Position numbers and translations under genes: made by a program. A stretch of DNA of 63,326 nt, the filler included, from Globobulimina sp. (lineage: Eukaryota), in the NCBI GenBank assembly GCA_003354225.1. It is 46 parts of 46 records of this genome, joined end to end, with 100 filler letters (N's around TTAATTAATTAA, not from the genome) between each part and the next. Parts side by side here need not be neighbours in the genome. Positions count along the whole stretch, not along the records: positions 59,293 to 60,570 come from PIVH01019564.1; positions 60,671 to 61,948 come from PIVH01019565.1; positions 62,049 to 63,326 come from PIVH01019566.1; 43 more parts are not named here. The stretch is one strand, 5' to 3'. Every line of letters starts with the position of its first letter. Position 1 is the first letter of the stretch. Below are positions 59,622 through 63,326 of this stretch, piece by piece. The notes under the pieces are model-generated. The model ran no database searches, had not been told where the DNA came from, and saw only the letters and a program-made list of their open reading frames with translations.

Positions 59622-60570
59622 ATGTCACTAGTTAATGAAAAGGAAGTAAACACGAATTCATTGTATGTAATTGGTTGGAATGCCAGTGGCGAACTCGGTT
59701 CAAATCATCAAGAAACTGTGACACAATTAACTGCGCAGAATAATGAACATAGGATAACAAATGTTGTCGGTGGTTATCGATACAGGATTTATAGTGATGA
59801 AAATGGAAATTATTTTTCTTGTGGTGGTAACACATGGGGTCAATGTGGTATTGGTACAAAACAGGAGTCCATTGTTAAATTTACGCCAGTGACATATTTC
59901 AAACAAAACAAAATAACTATAACAAAAGTCTGTGCATCACACTCTGGGCATTGTACATTCTGGATTTCGGATAAGAATAAAGTATATGGCAATGGTTGGA
60001 ATAGTCGCAATCAATTAGGTATTGGTGATGCAAATGATAGATATGAACCAGTGCTGATACCACGTTTGCATCATATAATAGATGTAGTGGCCGCTAGCCG
60101 TTACTCCATAGCATTACATTCAAATGGTTCCGTATATTCAACATCATACATTGAAGCATCTGATTCCGCGACAAATGCAGTCGGTGGTAACGGTCATGGT
60201 AAAAATAACCAAGACAATGGTGATTCGATTGGTGAATGGAGACAAATTGAAAAATTAAAATTGAAAAAAATAATTAAGATTTGTGTGGGAGAATATCATT
60301 CAATGTTTCTTGATTCCAGCGGTACTCTATGGGGTTGCGGCTCAAATATTGGCGGCATGCTTGGTCTATCGAGTAACGAGCAACATGGTGAATATATCCC
60401 TACGGAAATTAGATACTTCACCCAAAATAATATAAAAATAAGAGATGTTGCCTGCGGATCTGGTCATACTTTGGCTATTGATGCGAACAAAAAGGTTTGG
60501 TCATGGGGCATCAACACATGCGGTCAATGTGGACATAGTGCCGACATCAAAACTACTTACGTCCCAAAAA
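59622..60570 (+). CDS. RCC1-repeat protein; 3'-partial
   Basis: Repeated GxNxxGQxG, CVGEYHSMFL, VACGSGHTLA, VWSWGIN. Confidence 0.92.
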
Positions 60571-60672
60571 NNNNNNNNNNNNNNNNNNNNNNNNNNNNNN
60601 NNNNNNNNNNNNNNTTAATTAATTAANNNNNNNNNNNNNNNNNNNNNNNNNNNNNNNNNNNNNNNNNNNNAA

Positions 60673-61869
60673 ATCTATTGCCCATCATTAATATTAGCGA
60701 TATGCTGGTTTGGTTTGGGTTTATCCAGCATCGCAGTTGGAGTTGCATACAATTTAACGTTTCTAATTGTTATACAATGCTTGTCGGGCATCTTCGTGGC
60801 GCCATTATTTTTAGGCGCAGCGAGTGATGCCCAATTACGATTTGGTAATAAACATTTAGCTCTGACCATGGCAGTAATTATAGGCTCTGCGTTTTGCGCA
60901 GTTTTAGTTGGCGGCGTGATTCAAGCTGTCTTGTTTGATGAATATAATGTGTGGACACATTTTTTCTTTGGATTAGGTGCGTTGTGTATACTGACGAGTT
61001 TTAGTATATGTCTTGCCAGAATATGTGAATATAATCGTCATAAAAACAGAATGTATAATCAACCAGAAACTGATACATTTGATGATATAAAAGTGTTGTT
61101 GGAAACACCGCGATCAGATGCAATGTCAAAACCATTTAATTATTTTGTTTATAAGCATTCACATATTGATAACGAATTATTTAGCAAACAAAGTAAAATA
61201 AAACAATTATTGAATGCGTTTAAAATGGTGATCACAAATCCGGCGAATTGGGTGGTTGGAATACACGCATTCTGTGTAAGTGCAATACTTTTGGGATTGA
61301 ATGGACTTTGGTTCATTCCTTATTTAATGGAGAAATTTGATTATTCGCGGACATTTGCAACAGTTATCAATGGTTTATATTTTGTTTCGTCTGCATTTGG
61401 TGGCATTGTTCTCGGTAAAATAGTTTCATTGCATCCAAATAAAAGAAAACAAATTGTAATATTATGCACCTTTTTAAATGCATGTTCAATGATTATTATT
61501 TATATTGCAAATAAATCGACACACTTTGTCATTATAATATTATTGAATTGTATTTCCGGATTTGCTACAATTTATTCAATTACTTTTTCATTGCTTCGTG
61601 AATATAACGCAAAAGAATGTGGAGATACAGCAACAGGATTTGCAGGATCTGTTGGCAATTTGTCTGGTTTGTTGATACCTTTTCTTATTGGCGAATTAAT
61701 GGATTATAGCTGGGCTGGACGGGGTGGAAATGATTTTGATTTAGAAACAAATGACAGACATTATAGCGTTGATGATTATAATTTTGGATTTTTAGTATTG
61801 CCGTGTTGTTTCGTAGTACAACTTATCGCTTCATTTGCATTGAAACAACCATTGGATACATTTAAATAA
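60673..61869 (+). CDS. MFS transporter; 5'-partial
   Basis: Two bundles of TM helices with a central loop; GLWFIPYL and REYN....TATGF motifs. Confidence 0.85.
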   Translation: MYCPSLILAICWFGLGLSSIAVGVAYNLTFLIVIQCLSGIFVAPLFLGAASDAQLRFGNKHLALTMAVIIGSAFCAVLVGGVIQAVLFDEYNVWTHFFFGLGALCILTSFSICLARICEYNRHKNRMYNQPETDTFDDIKVLLETPRSDAMSKPFNYFVYKHSHIDNELFSKQSKIKQLLNAFKMVITNPANWVVGIHAFCVSAILLGLNGLWFIPYLMEKFDYSRTFATVINGLYFVSSAFGGIVLGKIVSLHPNKRKQIVILCTFLNACSMIIIYIANKSTHFVIIILLNCISGFATIYSITFSLLREYNAKECGDTATGFAGSVGNLSGLLIPFLIGELMDYSWAGRGGNDFDLETNDRHYSVDDYNFGFLVLPCCFVVQLIASFALKQPLDTFK

Positions 61870-62048
61870 TATACATTTTTAACTACAAATTTAACTACAA
61901 ATTTTGTGTCAGCCGTTTATTTTATTCTATTTTATTATTCTATTACATNNNNNNNNNNNNNNNNNNNNNNNNNNNNNNNNNNNNNNNNNNNNTTAATTAA
62001 TTAANNNNNNNNNNNNNNNNNNNNNNNNNNNNNNNNNNNNNNNNNNNN

Positions 62049-62822
62049 CGGAAACTGTCCAGCATTCGATGTTGAATAATATGAAATGATGGTCATTTCA
62101 GACATGGATAATTTGTCAGTTTTTTGCCGTTCTGACTGTGTTACTTCGGCAGAGCCTTTTTCGTCTCTTACAAACAATATTACCCAAACAAATGAGTTTA
62201 GAGCAAATAGACCACCAATAAGGCACGGCAATAAATATGCATATTCTTCAAATATCCAAAACTGCAAAACTGAATCGGATGGTCGATGATTACCATTGAC
62301 ACCATTGGCTTCCTCCAAATCATACGATATTACCAATAAACCACCGAGTGATGAGGCGATGATTGATCCCGCACCAAATGCAATCGAAATAATTGAAAAT
62401 GAAAACCCTCGGTTCTGACGATCAGATATATCCGCAATCCATGCCTTTATCACACCCATATTGCCACTCATTGTGCCGGCCACACAGCGAGCAATCAGTG
62501 CCATGGCATACGAGGTGCTCACACCAAATACAACCAACGCAACACTGCTACAAAGTATACCAATCAACAGTGCACTCCTTCGGCCATACACATCGCTGTA
62601 CCAACCCCACAAAGCTGAACTTATAAATTGACAAAACATGAAGCTGGCTGACAACAACCCAGTATAAAATCCAATATTTTCTTCAGCAATTCCAAAATCT
62701 CGTATCATAAACACAACAAACGGTACTATCACCATGATTTGATATGCTTCGCCTGCCTGGACAAAAAATACTGTCAACAATTTCCAATTCGTCACAGTTG
62801 ATTGCTTCTTTTGAGGCAGCAT
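62049..62822 (-). CDS. MFS transporter (ZIFL/DHA1-like), N-terminal half
   Basis: PFVVFMIRDF, GFYTGLL, WGWYSDVYGRR (motif A), RCVAG..SGNMGVIKA..ADI. Confidence 0.92.
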
Positions 62823-63326
62823 TAGGGCTTTCCGATATGTACTGAAAATGTCTTGCTGTTTGAAAAGTTTTTTCTTTTTTCATGATCATATCGAACACCT
62901 CTGCAAACTGTTAATATTTGGTGATTTGCTGCTGTGCAAGGATAGTTTTGTTGGTGATTTGCTGCTGTGCAAGGATAGTGAGCAATATCTGACTGCTAAC
63001 TGTCAGATCATAAACAAAAAAACAAATAAACTTTGAAACAAATAAAGCCAGTCAAATCTGGTTTATTATTACTGCCATACGAGTATAAATTGGGTTGATT
63101 CGCTTGGTTCATAGTTTGTTGTTGTTGCGGTATTTACTGCTGTTGCTGTTGCAGTAAATACTGTTTTATGGTCAAATGATGCATATTTTGTCTTGTCCAA
63201 ATTAATTATCCAAATTAACTAATCCCAAGGCCATACTACATACATCATCTTTTTTCCCCTTTTCTGTCTGCTTATTTTGTTTGGTCGGTTGTAACTGCGT
63301 AACCGTGGCAGTGACAGTGTTCTTTG

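Noticed and set aside
62918-62979. Direct repeat TTGGTGATTTGCTGCTGTGCAAGGATAGT (2 copies) upstream of the MFS gene
   Set aside because: A simple local tandem duplication with no evidence of function.
1-63326. Operon or gene-cluster reading of neighbouring genes (e.g. ABM + sulfotransferase + leuD, or the two MFS genes)
   Set aside because: They lie on different contigs that are ordered only by length.
1-63326. Stop-codon reassignment
   Set aside because: Conserved genes read through in the standard code and end at the expected place with TAA, TAG or TGA; interruptions are explained by introns or frameshifts.
1-63326. tRNA or rRNA genes
   Set aside because: None recognised; the only tRNA-related sequences are the two short PBS motifs.

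Overview
This window is not a contiguous locus. It is 46 short contigs of about 1278-1280 bp, sorted by decreasing length and joined by an artificial 100-nt spacer (N44-TTAATTAATTAA-N44, stops in all six frames), so neighbourhoods across spacers mean nothing. Most contigs are AT-rich eukaryotic DNA in the standard genetic code with short (55-98 nt) GT-AG introns. A highly divergent alpha-tubulin and the expanded F-box, RCC1, TRAF-RING, SAM and 7TM families point to a foraminiferan (Rhizaria, Retaria) draft genome, probably whole-genome amplified. Recognisable genes, mostly partial: alpha-tubulin, Beclin-1/ATG6, SLBP, IWR1-like, a lamin/intermediate-filament-like protein, SET protein, carboxylesterase, SDR and sulfotransferase (both ending in a PTS1), transporters (BCCT, Aa_trans, ABCC, two MFS), GFA, ABM, cold-shock, kinesin, ferlin and mL59-like. 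Also present: two LTR-retrotransposon PPT-LTR-PBS junctions, a LINE endonuclease, several MITE or foldback elements, pseudogenes, a virus-like fibre gene, and bacterial fragments (leuD, nuoM-like, Kelch), two of them fused to eukaryotic DNA. The best leads are (1) two paralogous toxin-like ADP-ribosyltransferase-fold genes, one with an intron, (2) a spliced BCCT carrier that lacks two substrate-box tryptophans, (3) the lamin-like gene, (4) an F-box pseudogene bracketed by transposon ends, and (5) a MITE that could be spliced out in frame. All family assignments come from motif recognition by eye; no searches were run.
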